Source: an uncultured Pelagibacteraceae bacterium
GTDB lineage: Bacteria > Pseudomonadota > Alphaproteobacteria > Pelagibacterales > Pelagibacteraceae
Direction of reading: 5' to 3'
DNA length: 64,000 nucleotides
Assembly: GCA_902519625.1 (NCBI GenBank)
Contig: CABYKS010000001.1
Span: forward strand, 281-64,280
How positions within the stretch are numbered: the stretch's first letter is position 1; each line of letters opens with the position of its first letter. Made by a program: the position numbers and the translations under genes. The notes under the pieces are model-generated. The model did no database searches. It had not been told where the DNA came from and worked only from the letters and a program-made list of their open reading frames with translations. Positions 1 to 9,871 of this stretch are shown one piece after another.

Positions 1-90
1 GAAAAAGCAACTTTAAATATTATGGTAGGTGGAACTAAAGAAGCTTTTGATATTGCTCTTCCTTTATTAAAAATCTATTTGATTGGATAA
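1..90 (+). pseudogene. Internal fragment of a 3-hydroxyisobutyrate dehydrogenase / tartronate semialdehyde reductase-family gene, broken at about nt 75
   Basis: Frame +1 reads EKATLNIMVGGTKEAFDIALPLLKI, matching the family segment 'gtLtiMvGG..eaf....plL.'. It then runs into YLIG-stop (TAA at 88-90) instead of continuing 'MGK.I.hcG'. Confidence 0.6.
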
Positions 91-554
91 AGGGTGCAGA
101 ATTAATTGAGTTAAAAGAGTGTGATACTTCTAAAGATCCTGTAAGACCAGAATTAAATAACGATTTTAGGACTAGTTATGGAAGAAAAATATATGGTGTT
201 AAATATAAGGATGAAATACACGCTGTTATGTGTTTTGCTTTTACAAACAAAATACCAAGAAATGTTAAAGAACTTGATCTTTTAAGTAAAGATGCATTTT
301 TACAAAGTGCTCAGAGAGGCCAAAAAATTGGTAAAATAGCCATTGCATATACTGTTTGGTCAACAAAAAAAGGTGGAGGTAAATTAATAGTTAAAGAAGT
401 TTTTAAAATTATAAAAAAGTCTAACCACCTAAATAGATTAGTTACCTTGTCTCCTCTTACAGAGATGGCTCGAAATTTTCATTTAAGAAATGGTGCAGTA
501 GAAGTTCAGATAAACGAAACCACGCAAAACTTTGAGTACAAAGTTTTAAAATAA
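51..554 (+). CDS. Hypothetical protein, probably GNAT/malonyl-CoA-decarboxylase-like fold; true 5' end missing or uncertain
   Basis: The ORF-track start is 228, but frame +3 is open from 51 (...FIKNLFDWIKGAELIELKECDTSKDPVRPELNNDFRTSYGRKIYGV...). It contains AIAYTVWS and LVTLSP motifs. Confidence 0.6.
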   Translation, partial: YCSSFIKNLFDWIKGAELIELKECDTSKDPVRPELNNDFRTSYGRKIYGVKYKDEIHAVMCFAFTNKIPRNVKELDLLSKDAFLQSAQRGQKIGKIAIAYTVWSTKKGGGKLIVKEVFKIIKKSNHLNRLVTLSPLTEMARNFHLRNGAVEVQINETTQNFEYKVLK

Positions 555-578
555 AATTAATTATTTATTGATAGTTTT

Positions 579-1367
579 TTAGTTTGCATCAAGCACTGCA
601 TGAAGAAATTGTTTTGTCCTCTCATTTTTAGGATCTCCAAACAATTGCTCTGGTGGGCCTTGTTCAAAGATTTTTCCTTCATTAAAAAAACAAACTCTAT
701 CTGAAATTTCTCTAGCAAATCCCATTTGATGAGTTACCATTATCATTGTAAGACTATGTTCTTTATTTAAAGATCTAATTACATTTAAAACTTCTCCAAC
801 CACTTCTGGATCTAGAGCTGAAGTTATTTCATCTAACAACATTACTTTTGGTCTCATTGCTAAGGCTCTTGCTATTGCAACACGTTGTTGTTGGCCTCCT
901 GAAAGTCTTGAAGGGTGTTGGTCTTTTTTATCTGTTAATCCAACTAATTCTAAAAGTTCTAGGGCTCTTTCTTCTGCTTCTTCCTTTTTCATACCTAAAA
1001 CCTCAACTGGCGCTTCAATACAGTTTTGAAGAGCTGTCATGTGAGGAAATAAATTGAATTGTTGAAATACCATGCCAATTTTTGAACGCCTATCTCTCAA
1101 ATATTTTTCATTTGCTTCTATCAGTTTACCATTTGTATCCATATGGGTAAGTGGTTCGCCGTCCAAATGAATAACTCCACCATTAATTTTTTCTAAAGTC
1201 ATTAGTACTCTTAGTACAGTTGTTTTTCCTGAACCGGATGGACCAATGATTGAAACCATTTCGTTCTTTTTAATATTTAAATTTAGCTTATCTAAAACTA
1301 CAAGATCTCCATATTGCTTTGTAACTTCATCAAACTTAACTATTACTTCTTGAGAATTTTTATCCAT
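579..1367 (-). CDS. ehuA: Ectoine/hydroxyectoine (polar amino acid) ABC transporter ATP-binding protein
   Basis: Walker A GPSGSGKT, signature [20 protein letters not shown], and a 'GEPLTHM...L' insertion typical of EhuA; operon context. Confidence 0.85.
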   Translation of the reverse strand: MDKNSQEVIVKFDEVTKQYGDLVVLDKLNLNIKKNEMVSIIGPSGSGKTTVLRVLMTLEKINGGVIHLDGEPLTHMDTNGKLIEANEKYLRDRRSKIGMVFQQFNLFPHMTALQNCIEAPVEVLGMKKEEAEERALELLELVGLTDKKDQHPSRLSGGQQQRVAIARALAMRPKVMLLDEITSALDPEVVGEVLNVIRSLNKEHSLTMIMVTHQMGFAREISDRVCFFNEGKIFEQGPPEQLFGDPKNERTKQFLHAVLDAN

Positions 1368-2044
1368 TATTGTTTCACTTTTCCTTGAGCTAAATTAACT
1401 CTTTTTTCTAAATTTCTAACCCACATAGCAGCTGGGATAGAAAGTGTTAAAAATATTATACCAACCATTGTGTAAGGTTCCAAATATCTATAATTATAGC
1501 CACCTACTGCTGTTGCTGCATGAAATAGCTCTGCAACTCCAATTGTAGATAAAAGTGGAGTGTCTTTGAAAATTCCAACCAAATAATTACCCATTCCTGG
1601 TATTGCAATTGGAAATGCCTGGGGCAAAACAATTTTTCTATAAGTATAAACAGTTGAAAAATTTAATGCTCTACACGCTTCCCATTGAGTTTTAGATACT
1701 CCTTCTAGTGCGCCACGATAGACTTCTGATAGATAAGTTCCAAAATGTAAACCTATTGTAATCATACCACATAACCATGCTGATAATTTTATTCCAAATT
1801 GAGGAAGTACAAAGTAAACAAAAAATAATTGTATTAAAAGTGGTGTTGAACGAATAAATTCTACTAGTTCTCTATTAATTACATTTACAATTTTAGATGG
1901 AGTTCTTTGGCCAAGTAAAAAAAGTAAACCGACAACTAAAGCTATTGCATATCCGACTCCTGCAGCGATTATAGTATTTAAAGTTGCCCATAACATTTGT
2001 GGTAAAATTTCATAAGCAAAATCCCATCTAAATCCCATTTCCAT
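1367..2044 (-). CDS. ehuD: Ectoine ABC transporter permease
   Basis: N-terminal [23 protein letters not shown] and [10 protein letters not shown] motifs. Confidence 0.8.
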   Translation of the reverse strand: MEMGFRWDFAYEILPQMLWATLNTIIAAGVGYAIALVVGLLFLLGQRTPSKIVNVINRELVEFIRSTPLLIQLFFVYFVLPQFGIKLSAWLCGMITIGLHFGTYLSEVYRGALEGVSKTQWEACRALNFSTVYTYRKIVLPQAFPIAIPGMGNYLVGIFKDTPLLSTIGVAELFHAATAVGGYNYRYLEPYTMVGIIFLTLSIPAAMWVRNLEKRVNLAQGKVKQ

Positions 2045-2056
2045 ATTTTATACCTT

Positions 2057-2719
2057 TTATCTTCCAACCTTTCTTGCTGCTACTACTTCTAACCACCTTA
2101 AAAAAGGAACAAGTGCAAACCTTGCCATAATATAATAAATTAATAAGGCAGTACCAAAACATTGCGCAGATAGCCAAGTAATAGAATTAATTTGTTTTGC
2201 TTCAAAAGTTAAATCAACTACCGTAACAAGAGCCACGAGAGCAGTGGCTTTTAAAAGTTCCACAGTTAAATTTGCAGCAGGTGGTAAAATAATTGGAAAT
2301 ATTTGTGGAATAATAATTCTTTTAATTCTTTTTGCAGGACTAAAATTAAGTGCATGAGCTGCTTCCCATTGACCTTTGGGTACCGCAAGTATTCCTGCTC
2401 TTACTATTTCTGCGCCATATGCTCCAAAATTCATTCCTAAAGCAACTACGCCTGCAACAAATGCTTCTAAAGAAATACCGAAGAAAGGTAATACATAATA
2501 AACCCAAAATAATTGAACTAACAAAGATGTTCCTCTAAAAAATTCAATATATACTGTTGCTATTCCTTGGATTGCAGGATTCTTGGATAAACGCATTAAA
2601 CCAAATATCATCGATATAATTACATAAAGAATAGCTGAACAAACTAAAACTTTAATTGTAGTAACTGTACCTAACAAAAGCGTAGGTCCATGCTCGGCTA
2701 AAAATGCAAAATAACTCAC
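2057..2719 (-). CDS. ehuC: Ectoine ABC transporter permease (GTG start)
   Basis: YIEFFRGTSLLVQLFW and GAYGAEIVR motifs. Confidence 0.8.
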   Translation of the reverse strand: MSYFAFLAEHGPTLLLGTVTTIKVLVCSAILYVIISMIFGLMRLSKNPAIQGIATVYIEFFRGTSLLVQLFWVYYVLPFFGISLEAFVAGVVALGMNFGAYGAEIVRAGILAVPKGQWEAAHALNFSPAKRIKRIIIPQIFPIILPPAANLTVELLKATALVALVTVVDLTFEAKQINSITWLSAQCFGTALLIYYIMARFALVPFLRWLEVVAARKVGR

Positions 2720-2740
2720 TAAAAACCTTTAATTTAATTG

Positions 2741-2776
2741 AAAAAAATCAGGCGACCTTTTTTTGGCCGCCTGATT
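2741..2776 (-). terminator. Intercistronic hairpin/terminator downstream of ehuB
   Basis: Inverted repeat AATCAGGCG(2746-2754)...CGCCTGATT(2768-2776); a U-tract follows on the minus strand. Confidence 0.75.
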
Positions 2777-2795
2777 AAATAAATGTATTTTTATA

Positions 2796-3641
2796 CTATT
2801 TAGTTGAGCAAGCCCACTCAGTAGTCATATCAGGAGGAGGTAATTGAGCTTTATCATACCCATACTTACCAGCTCTCTCTAACATTTTACCTGGATTAGC
2901 CATAACTTTAGCTAAAGCAGCATTAAAGGCTTGTCTGAACTCTTCGTCACTTTTTCTAAAACCTATACCTACTACGTTTACAGTTTCTTTAGGCATTAAC
3001 TTAGGATCAGTAACTTCAAATGCACCACCTGTTTTTTCTTCATGCTCTTTTGCACCAAAGAAAGTTTGTACAGCAGCATCAGCTCTACCTGCTTTCATTG
3101 CAGCTAATATTCCAACTTCACCTTCAACCAATAACATTTGACTATCTGGAACACCAAATTTTTTAGCTGCTTCAACAGTATTGAAACCTGCACCTGTTAC
3201 TAGTGTAGCACCCGTATCAATAACATCTTGGTAGTTATTAATATTTTTAGGGTTACCTTTAGGAACTAACATGGCATCACCAAAAACCCCTATGGGGTCT
3301 GAAAAGTTTATGTTTGCACATCTACTTTTTAAAATGTACATACCACCAGTAATCATGTCTGATCTATTGGCATTAATACCAGGAATTAATCCAGACCATT
3401 CAAAAACTTTAGTTTCATGTTCTGTAATTCCCATTTCTTCTAGAACCGTTAAGGCGATCATATTAACAAATCCTAGTGCTTCTCCATTATCTCCAGCATA
3501 CGCCCACGGCACAGCTGTACCAAATCCTAGTCTTAATTTATGTCCATCTGCCAATCTTTGAGTTAGCGTTGCAGCACTCACTGAAGAAACACTAAAAAGA
3601 ATAACAAAAAGAACAGTAAACGATTTAAATAATCTACTCAT
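2796..3641 (-). CDS. ehuB: Ectoine/hydroxyectoine ABC transporter substrate-binding protein
   Basis: Signal peptide, family 3 SBP motifs (WSGLIPG, GMYI..RC, VPKGNPK); first gene of the ehu operon; GAGAGGGA RBS. Confidence 0.75.
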   Translation of the reverse strand: MSRLFKSFTVLFVILFSVSSVSAATLTQRLADGHKLRLGFGTAVPWAYAGDNGEALGFVNMIALTVLEEMGITEHETKVFEWSGLIPGINANRSDMITGGMYILKSRCANINFSDPIGVFGDAMLVPKGNPKNINNYQDVIDTGATLVTGAGFNTVEAAKKFGVPDSQMLLVEGEVGILAAMKAGRADAAVQTFFGAKEHEEKTGGAFEVTDPKLMPKETVNVVGIGFRKSDEEFRQAFNAALAKVMANPGKMLERAGKYGYDKAQLPPPDMTTEWACSTK

Positions 3642-3755
3642 AGTTTATTTCCCTCTCATTTAATTTATTTTAAATAATTTAACTAAAAAAAAGGTTATTT
3701 GTATACACAAAATTATTTTTTCAATCAGAGGTTGACTAATGAAAATTAAAAAAAA

Positions 3756-4535
3756 TTACTGGGATAATTGAATTTTATCACCAACATTAATCTTGCCTTC
3801 TTCTAAAGCTTTTAAATAAATTCCCATATCAAAATGATTATAAGTTTTTTTGAGAGATTGGAGTAAATTTAAAGAATTATCATCAGTTTTTGGTTTTAAA
3901 TTTATAGCTACACATCTTGGAATATTTTTTTCAACTTTAAAAGAAATATTATTAATTTTTATAATTTTACCTATCCAATTTCTTTCTTCACCTGCATCTA
4001 ACCCTTCAAAGTAAAAATTACCTCTGAACCGTTCAAACTCAACTTTTTCATTAATTTTTTTTTCAAAATCTCTAACAGTATTTAAGTTTATTAACGATAT
4101 TGAGTTAAAAATATTATTGGAATGTGAAGTGTCAAAAAATGGAAATTCAGTATTTTTTAAAAGAAAAATAGGTTTTGCTAAAGAACTTTCTAATTCAATT
4201 AATTTTTCTGAAAGTTTGATTCTTTCTTCATTAATATCTGGTGATATTGAAATTATTTCCTTTTCTTTAAGATTTAAAGAAAGTTTATCTTGTTCATAGA
4301 TAAAATTATATTTATTTAGTACTGGAGAATTTTTTAAAGTTAATAAATTATTTAATTTTCTATCATTGGGATTTATTTCCATAGATTTTGCTTTTTCTAA
4401 ATCAACTCCTCTAGAAAATGCAAATATCCTATCATTAATAATTCCTAGTTCTTTTTTCACATTACATCTTTCAATGCTTTGAAATGACAAAGATTTAACT
4501 GGACAATAATAAATAGATGAAACTGAGCAATTCAT
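3756..4535 (-). CDS. MOSC-domain (mARC/YcbX-like) molybdenum cofactor protein
   Basis: YCPVKSLS, DRIFA, RFRGN and IPRCVAIN motifs. Start adjusted to MNCSV (4535) to avoid overlap with the upstream gene. Confidence 0.85.
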   Translation of the reverse strand: MNCSVSSIYYCPVKSLSFQSIERCNVKKELGIINDRIFAFSRGVDLEKAKSMEINPNDRKLNNLLTLKNSPVLNKYNFIYEQDKLSLNLKEKEIISISPDINEERIKLSEKLIELESSLAKPIFLLKNTEFPFFDTSHSNNIFNSISLINLNTVRDFEKKINEKVEFERFRGNFYFEGLDAGEERNWIGKIIKINNISFKVEKNIPRCVAINLKPKTDDNSLNLLQSLKKTYNHFDMGIYLKALEEGKINVGDKIQLSQ

Positions 4536-4539
4536 AATA

Positions 4540-5367
4540 TTAATATTTTCCTTTTTTAGTTGCTCCACTATAAAATATTTTTGATAATTCGTCCTTTGCC
4601 TTATTCCATGATTTTATGTCATCTTTTGCCATAAGACTTTTAGGAACATTCGAATATTCGTGAAATTTGTGATTATCTTCTCCTCTTGCTTTTTGCACAT
4701 ATATTTTTCCAAGTACTTGGTCTACATTGCTTCCAATATAGCTTTGTACTACAAATCCTATTCTTCTATCATTACTTCTATTCAAACCTGAACCATGAAC
4801 TACAGTTGGATGGTGTAACGACATTTGACCTGCTTTTAAAATTACAGGGTCTGTTTCTTCTATTGGTACATTTTCAATTGTTTGTCCTCTGGTAAGTAAA
4901 TTATCTTCATCAAATTTTTGTTCATGATTTTTTAAATCTTCCTTATGAGATCCTGGCCACATTCGCATACATCCATTTTCTTCGTTCGAATTAGTTACTG
5001 CTATCCAGGCTGTCACCCAGTTGTGAGGTTCGAGACCTATATATTTGGCATCCTGATGAAAACTTACAAAACCTTTTTCATTAGCATTTTTAATAAAGAG
5101 TGTTGTTCCGCAAATAAGAATATTTTTACCAATAATACTTTCAACAGCATCTAGAATTTTATTATTAAGACATACATTATTTAAAACAGGAGAGATCATA
5201 TGCACATAATTACGTCCTAGCCCCTCAAGAGCATTTGGCCATTTTTTTTCAATAATTTCTATTTCTTCTCTAATTTCATTAGCTTCTTGAATTGAAAGTA
5301 CATCAATTGGTGCAACATAACCTTTTTCATTATAGAAGTTTATCTGCTGATCAGACAGGTTGGTCAT
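4540..5367 (-). CDS. Phytanoyl-CoA dioxygenase (PhyH) family Fe(II)/2OG dioxygenase
   Basis: H-x-D (FHQD), ENGCM, HGSG and distal R (RRIG). Confidence 0.85.
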   Translation of the reverse strand: MTNLSDQQINFYNEKGYVAPIDVLSIQEANEIREEIEIIEKKWPNALEGLGRNYVHMISPVLNNVCLNNKILDAVESIIGKNILICGTTLFIKNANEKGFVSFHQDAKYIGLEPHNWVTAWIAVTNSNEENGCMRMWPGSHKEDLKNHEQKFDEDNLLTRGQTIENVPIEETDPVILKAGQMSLHHPTVVHGSGLNRSNDRRIGFVVQSYIGSNVDQVLGKIYVQKARGEDNHKFHEYSNVPKSLMAKDDIKSWNKAKDELSKIFYSGATKKGKY

Positions 5368-5368
5368 T

Positions 5369-7591
5369 CTAATTTACTAAAAGTTTACCTGTATTTAAAG
5401 TATGTTTGATTCTTTGTTGAGTTTCTTTAGTTTCTATTAATCTCATAAAAGAATCCAGTTCTAATTTATATAATTCGTCTTCTGAAAGAGTTTTTTTTAT
5501 TGTTGTATCTCCTCCACTTAAAACATTCGCTAATTCTGAACCAACCTTCATACCATGATCTAGTATAATCTTATCGTTATATAATTTCTCTAAAACTTTT
5601 ATCATTTTTTCCTTAAGAGGTTTTCCAGATAAATTGAACGAACATTCTTTTGGAGGTGTAAAATCTTTATTTTCTAATATTAATTTTTTTGAAACTTCAA
5701 ACAAACTGTTTCTATTCATAACTTTTTTATCTTCTGGTCTTAAAAATTTTAGTGGTTCCGCTTCAACAGTTGAGGTTGCTGTAGTTCCATAACCAATAAT
5801 ATTAAATACTTTTAAAGGGGCAAAATCAGGATCTTTTTTTGCTTCAGGAGTTTGAGACCATCTCCATAGTACTTCCTTGCACCCTCCTCCAGCTGGTACA
5901 AGACCTACTCCAGTTTCAACCAGACCCATTACAATATTTGTATGCGATACTACAAAATTTGATTGAATAGCTACCTCTTCTCCTCCTCCTAAAACTAAAC
6001 CAGATGGAGCTGAAATTACAGGATGATCTGAATATTTTAAATGCTTACAGGTTTCTTGAAAATATTTTATAAATTTTTCGATAGATTTAAAATCACCTTT
6101 GTCTGCAAAATTCATAGTATAAGTTAAATTTACACCTGCGGAAAATTGCATACTTTCATTTATAATTATTAAAGGTTTGTCAGTTGCATTTTTCAATGCG
6201 TCCATAGAGTCATAGTCTAATGCGCAAGCTTTTGTAGTAAACTCAACAATATTGAAGTCTTTAAATCTATAAATTTCAGCAGATTTATTTTTATCAACTT
6301 TAATTGCCTTAGGTTTAATTTTTCCTAAAGTTTCAATATTTGTATAAAGTTGTCTTTCTCCGTAAAAATTTTCATTTTTTGATTTTGATAAATTTTCTAA
6401 GAATTTATTATTTTCATAACTATCAATACGATCAAAGAAATTTTTAACTCCAATTGATTTTAACATTTCAAATGGACCCATGGCCCAATTAAAACCAAGA
6501 CGCATGGCTTCATCAATATCATTAAATTTATCTGTGATACTGGGAACTAACGATGATGCATATTTTATTATTTGTGAAATCACTGACCATGCATACTCAC
6601 CATATTTATCTTTTCTATTAATTAGTAAGTTTAAATTTACAGTATCAATACCAAGATCAATTTTTTTTGTAGACGAATACTCACCTGTTTCAAGATTAAT
6701 AGCTTCTAATATCTTTTGGTTATTTTGTTTATTCATTCTATAGAAGCCACCTTTGCCTTTTCTTCCTGTATAACCCGTTTGAATTAATTTTGAAATTAAT
6801 GGGATTTCTTTAGCAACTAATTGAAAAGGATCATTTTCTGAAAGTTCTTTTATAAAACTTTTTAAAACATCAGCCATTAAATCTATACCAATCAAATCGT
6901 ATAGACCAAATACACCTGTTTTTGGTATTCCCATAGGTCGTCCAAAAACTGCATCTGCTTCCTCAATTGATAACTTCATTTTAAAAGCTTCTGTCATTGC
7001 TACTTGCATTGCAAAAACTCCTACTCTATTTCCTAAAAAACCTGGTGTGTCATTACAAACTATCGCACCCTTTCCAAGTTCTTGTTCACAAAATTTTTTT
7101 AAAGAACTAATTTTTTCAAGATCATTTTTTTCATTTTTTACAATTTCTAATAATCCCATATAACGAACTGGATTAAAGAAGTGTGTAATACAAAAATCTT
7201 TTTTTTCTTCTTCTGCTAATTTTTCAGATAAAATTTTTATAGGTATTGATGAAGTATTAGATGAAACAATTGCACCTCTTTTTCTTGATTTAAAAATTTT
7301 TTCATAAATATTGTGTTTAATATCAATTCTTTCAACAACTGCCTCTACTACCCAGTCAGCATCCTTCACCACATCAAAATCATCATTTATATTCCCAACA
7401 TTAATATTATTTATTTTTGACTTATCTATTAACAATGGAGGTCTAGATTTGTGTATTTTTTCCCTGGCTTTCTCTGAAATTTCTGTTTTTAAATCAAGCA
7501 ATGTAACAGGAATATTTGCATTGCATAAATGAGCTGCAATACCGCTTCCCATTGTCCCTGATCCTATAATTACAACTTTTTTTATTTCCAT
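5369..7591 (-). CDS. 3-hydroxyacyl-CoA dehydrogenase / enoyl-CoA hydratase (FadN-type domain order)
   Basis: GSGTMGSGIA, SSNTSS, HFFNP, PGFLGNR, then a C-terminal crotonase domain (FSAGVNL, GGGEE, LVETGVG). Confidence 0.9.
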   Translation of the reverse strand: MEIKKVVIIGSGTMGSGIAAHLCNANIPVTLLDLKTEISEKAREKIHKSRPPLLIDKSKINNINVGNINDDFDVVKDADWVVEAVVERIDIKHNIYEKIFKSRKRGAIVSSNTSSIPIKILSEKLAEEEKKDFCITHFFNPVRYMGLLEIVKNEKNDLEKISSLKKFCEQELGKGAIVCNDTPGFLGNRVGVFAMQVAMTEAFKMKLSIEEADAVFGRPMGIPKTGVFGLYDLIGIDLMADVLKSFIKELSENDPFQLVAKEIPLISKLIQTGYTGRKGKGGFYRMNKQNNQKILEAINLETGEYSSTKKIDLGIDTVNLNLLINRKDKYGEYAWSVISQIIKYASSLVPSITDKFNDIDEAMRLGFNWAMGPFEMLKSIGVKNFFDRIDSYENNKFLENLSKSKNENFYGERQLYTNIETLGKIKPKAIKVDKNKSAEIYRFKDFNIVEFTTKACALDYDSMDALKNATDKPLIIINESMQFSAGVNLTYTMNFADKGDFKSIEKFIKYFQETCKHLKYSDHPVISAPSGLVLGGGEEVAIQSNFVVSHTNIVMGLVETGVGLVPAGGGCKEVLWRWSQTPEAKKDPDFAPLKVFNIIGYGTTATSTVEAEPLKFLRPEDKKVMNRNSLFEVSKKLILENKDFTPPKECSFNLSGKPLKEKMIKVLEKLYNDKIILDHGMKVGSELANVLSGGDTTIKKTLSEDELYKLELDSFMRLIETKETQQRIKHTLNTGKLLVN

Positions 7592-7640
7592 AAATGAAAT
7601 GGTTTTTAACTTATAATAGTCTGTCTTGAAATGATAAAAT

Positions 7641-8522
7641 TTATCTTTGTTTGATTCCTCTTAATCTTTCAGATCTTCTTCTTAGCATCTCAACAGTAGT
7701 TAATAATGCTATTGATAATGCTACCAAGCATGTTGCCATACATAAAATAACAGGACTGGTTTCTTGACGCAGCCCAGCCCACATTTGTTTTGGTATGGTT
7801 ATTTGTTCAACGCTACCAATGAACATAACAATTACAACTTCATCAAAAGAAGTAATAAACGCGAATAATCCACCTGAGATTACACCAGGAAGAATTAGGG
7901 GCATAATAACTTTAAAAAAAGTTCTCATTGTATCTGCTCCTAAACTTTGTGATGCTCGTATTAAATTGGTATCAAAACCAGTTAAAGTAGCAGTAACTGT
8001 GATTACAACAAATGGTGTTCCAAGAGCAGTGTGTGCAAGAATTAATCCTAGATAAGTATGAGTTAACCCAATTTTCGAATAAAAGAAAAACATTCCTGCT
8101 GCAGTAATGATTAGTGGTACAATCATTGGTGAAATTAATATTGCCATAAGAATGGCTTTGAATGGCATATGTGGTCTACTTAATCCTAACGCAGCAACAG
8201 TACCAAGAGCAGTTGCAAGAAGTGTAGCAACAATTCCAACAAAAAAACTATTTCTAGTTCCCATCATCCATTTATCAGTAACAACTGTTGTATCTCCTAT
8301 GCTACTAATACCAACCATCTGTCTATACCATCTAAGAGACCAAGCTTCTGGCTCAAAATTCATAAATTCTCTAGTAAACTCAAAAAATGGTGAAGCACTA
8401 AATGAAAGTGGAAGAATTATAAAAATTGGCGCAATTAAAAAGAAAAAAACAAAACCACAATAAGTTAAAAAAGAATAGTATCCTACTTTTTGTCCAGTTG
8501 TTGCATATGCGGGTAAAGCCAT
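7641..8522 (-). CDS. potC: PotC-type ABC permease
   Basis: ISPMIVP, SLGA EAA loop and FITSFDEVV. Confidence 0.8.
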   Translation of the reverse strand: MALPAYATTGQKVGYYSFLTYCGFVFFFLIAPIFIILPLSFSASPFFEFTREFMNFEPEAWSLRWYRQMVGISSIGDTTVVTDKWMMGTRNSFFVGIVATLLATALGTVAALGLSRPHMPFKAILMAILISPMIVPLIITAAGMFFFYSKIGLTHTYLGLILAHTALGTPFVVITVTATLTGFDTNLIRASQSLGADTMRTFFKVIMPLILPGVISGGLFAFITSFDEVVIVMFIGSVEQITIPKQMWAGLRQETSPVILCMATCLVALSIALLTTVEMLRRRSERLRGIKQR

Positions 8523-8524
8523 AA

Positions 8525-9784
8525 TTATCCTAATTTAATATTTTCTATTCCTACTATTTTATTATAAGCCCAATATAAGACAGTCATCATTGCTAAAAGT
8601 ATAGCTCCCAATGAAGCACAAAGTCCCCAATTCAATGTTGTTTTTAAATGATAAGCAATCCAGTTTCCTACCATTTGTCCATCCTTACCACCTACAAGTT
8701 CAGGTGTGATGTAGTATCCAATTGCGATTATAAATACAAGCAAACACCCTGCGCTAACTCCTGGAACTGAATTTGGCATATAAATTTTATAAAATGCATG
8801 CATCGGAGAAGCTCCAAGATTTAAAGCTGCTCTCATATATGTTGGTGAAATAGTTTTCATTACGCTATAGAGAGGTAAAACCATAAAAGGTAGTAGAATT
8901 TGTGTCATCACTATTACAACTGCTGTTTGATTGTACATAAGTTGGAAGCGGTTCTCATCTGCTATCAAATTTGACATAACTAATAGATTATTCAGAACAC
9001 CTTTTTGTTGTAACATGACCATCCAGGCAACAGTTCGAACTAGTAAAGAAGTCCAAAAAGGCAGTAAGACACATATCATTAAAAGATTGCTATATTTCAT
9101 AGGTAATGTTGCAAGCAAATATGAAATTGGGTATCCCAAAAGTAAGCAAAACAATGTAACTAAAAGACTTACCTTAAAAGTTTTAATCCATGTTTTGTTG
9201 TAAATACGTCTATTTTCTTTTTGCTGAACAATGTTTTTGCTCGAATCGTATTTTAAATCAACGGCATTTAAATAATATCCCATTGTCGTAGGATCTACCA
9301 TTTGTCCAAGAGCTAACCAATATTCAGGGTCTGCCCATTTTTTATCAGTAGCAATCATTTTCTCTTTGAAAGGACCCTCTTCAATTTTTTTAAATTTTCT
9401 TTTAGATTTTTTTAATAAACTTTTCCAACCAGATTTAGAATAATTCATTCTGGTACTTGCTTTACCGACTGCATAACCTTCACTATTTTTTAATTCAAAA
9501 AACATTGTTTTGTATACTTCTTCAGAAGGAAGGCCTTGTCTGTCCCATTTTTTATAAACCTCAAAAGTTTTTGGGAAAACTGTATTAATCTGTCTGTCAT
9601 CAACACTCCGAGCTAGCATGTCACCGATTGGAACTAAGAATGTAATTAATATAAATGCCAAAAGCGGAAGCACTAAAAGAAATGCTCTTATTTTATTTAT
9701 TCGCTCTGCTTTCTTAAGACTGACTTTTAATGGAATTCCATCAGTTGTTAATATTGGACCTGTTGATGTCTGAGATTGATTCAT
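8525..9784 (-). CDS. potB: PotB-type ABC permease with a large periplasmic insertion
   Basis: LLPFWTSLLVR, LLPFMVLPLY and GYYITPELVGG. Confidence 0.8.
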   Translation of the reverse strand: MNQSQTSTGPILTTDGIPLKVSLKKAERINKIRAFLLVLPLLAFILITFLVPIGDMLARSVDDRQINTVFPKTFEVYKKWDRQGLPSEEVYKTMFFELKNSEGYAVGKASTRMNYSKSGWKSLLKKSKRKFKKIEEGPFKEKMIATDKKWADPEYWLALGQMVDPTTMGYYLNAVDLKYDSSKNIVQQKENRRIYNKTWIKTFKVSLLVTLFCLLLGYPISYLLATLPMKYSNLLMICVLLPFWTSLLVRTVAWMVMLQQKGVLNNLLVMSNLIADENRFQLMYNQTAVVIVMTQILLPFMVLPLYSVMKTISPTYMRAALNLGASPMHAFYKIYMPNSVPGVSAGCLLVFIIAIGYYITPELVGGKDGQMVGNWIAYHLKTTLNWGLCASLGAILLAMMTVLYWAYNKIVGIENIKLG

Positions 9785-9821
9785 AAAGTTATTTTATTCA
9801 ATAAAATTATTATACAATAAA

Positions 9822-9853
9822 AAAAAAGGCGAGATAAAAATCTCGCCTTTTTT
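9822..9853. terminator. Intercistronic hairpin/terminator downstream of potD
   Basis: AAAAAAGGCGAGA-taaaaa-TCTCGCCTTTTTT, a perfect inverted repeat with A/T tails. Confidence 0.8.
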
Positions 9854-9871
9854 AAATTATACTACGAATTA

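Noticed and set aside
4540-5367. PhyH near ehuB as ectoine hydroxylase EctD
   Set aside because: Lacks the EctD signature F.WHSDFETWH.
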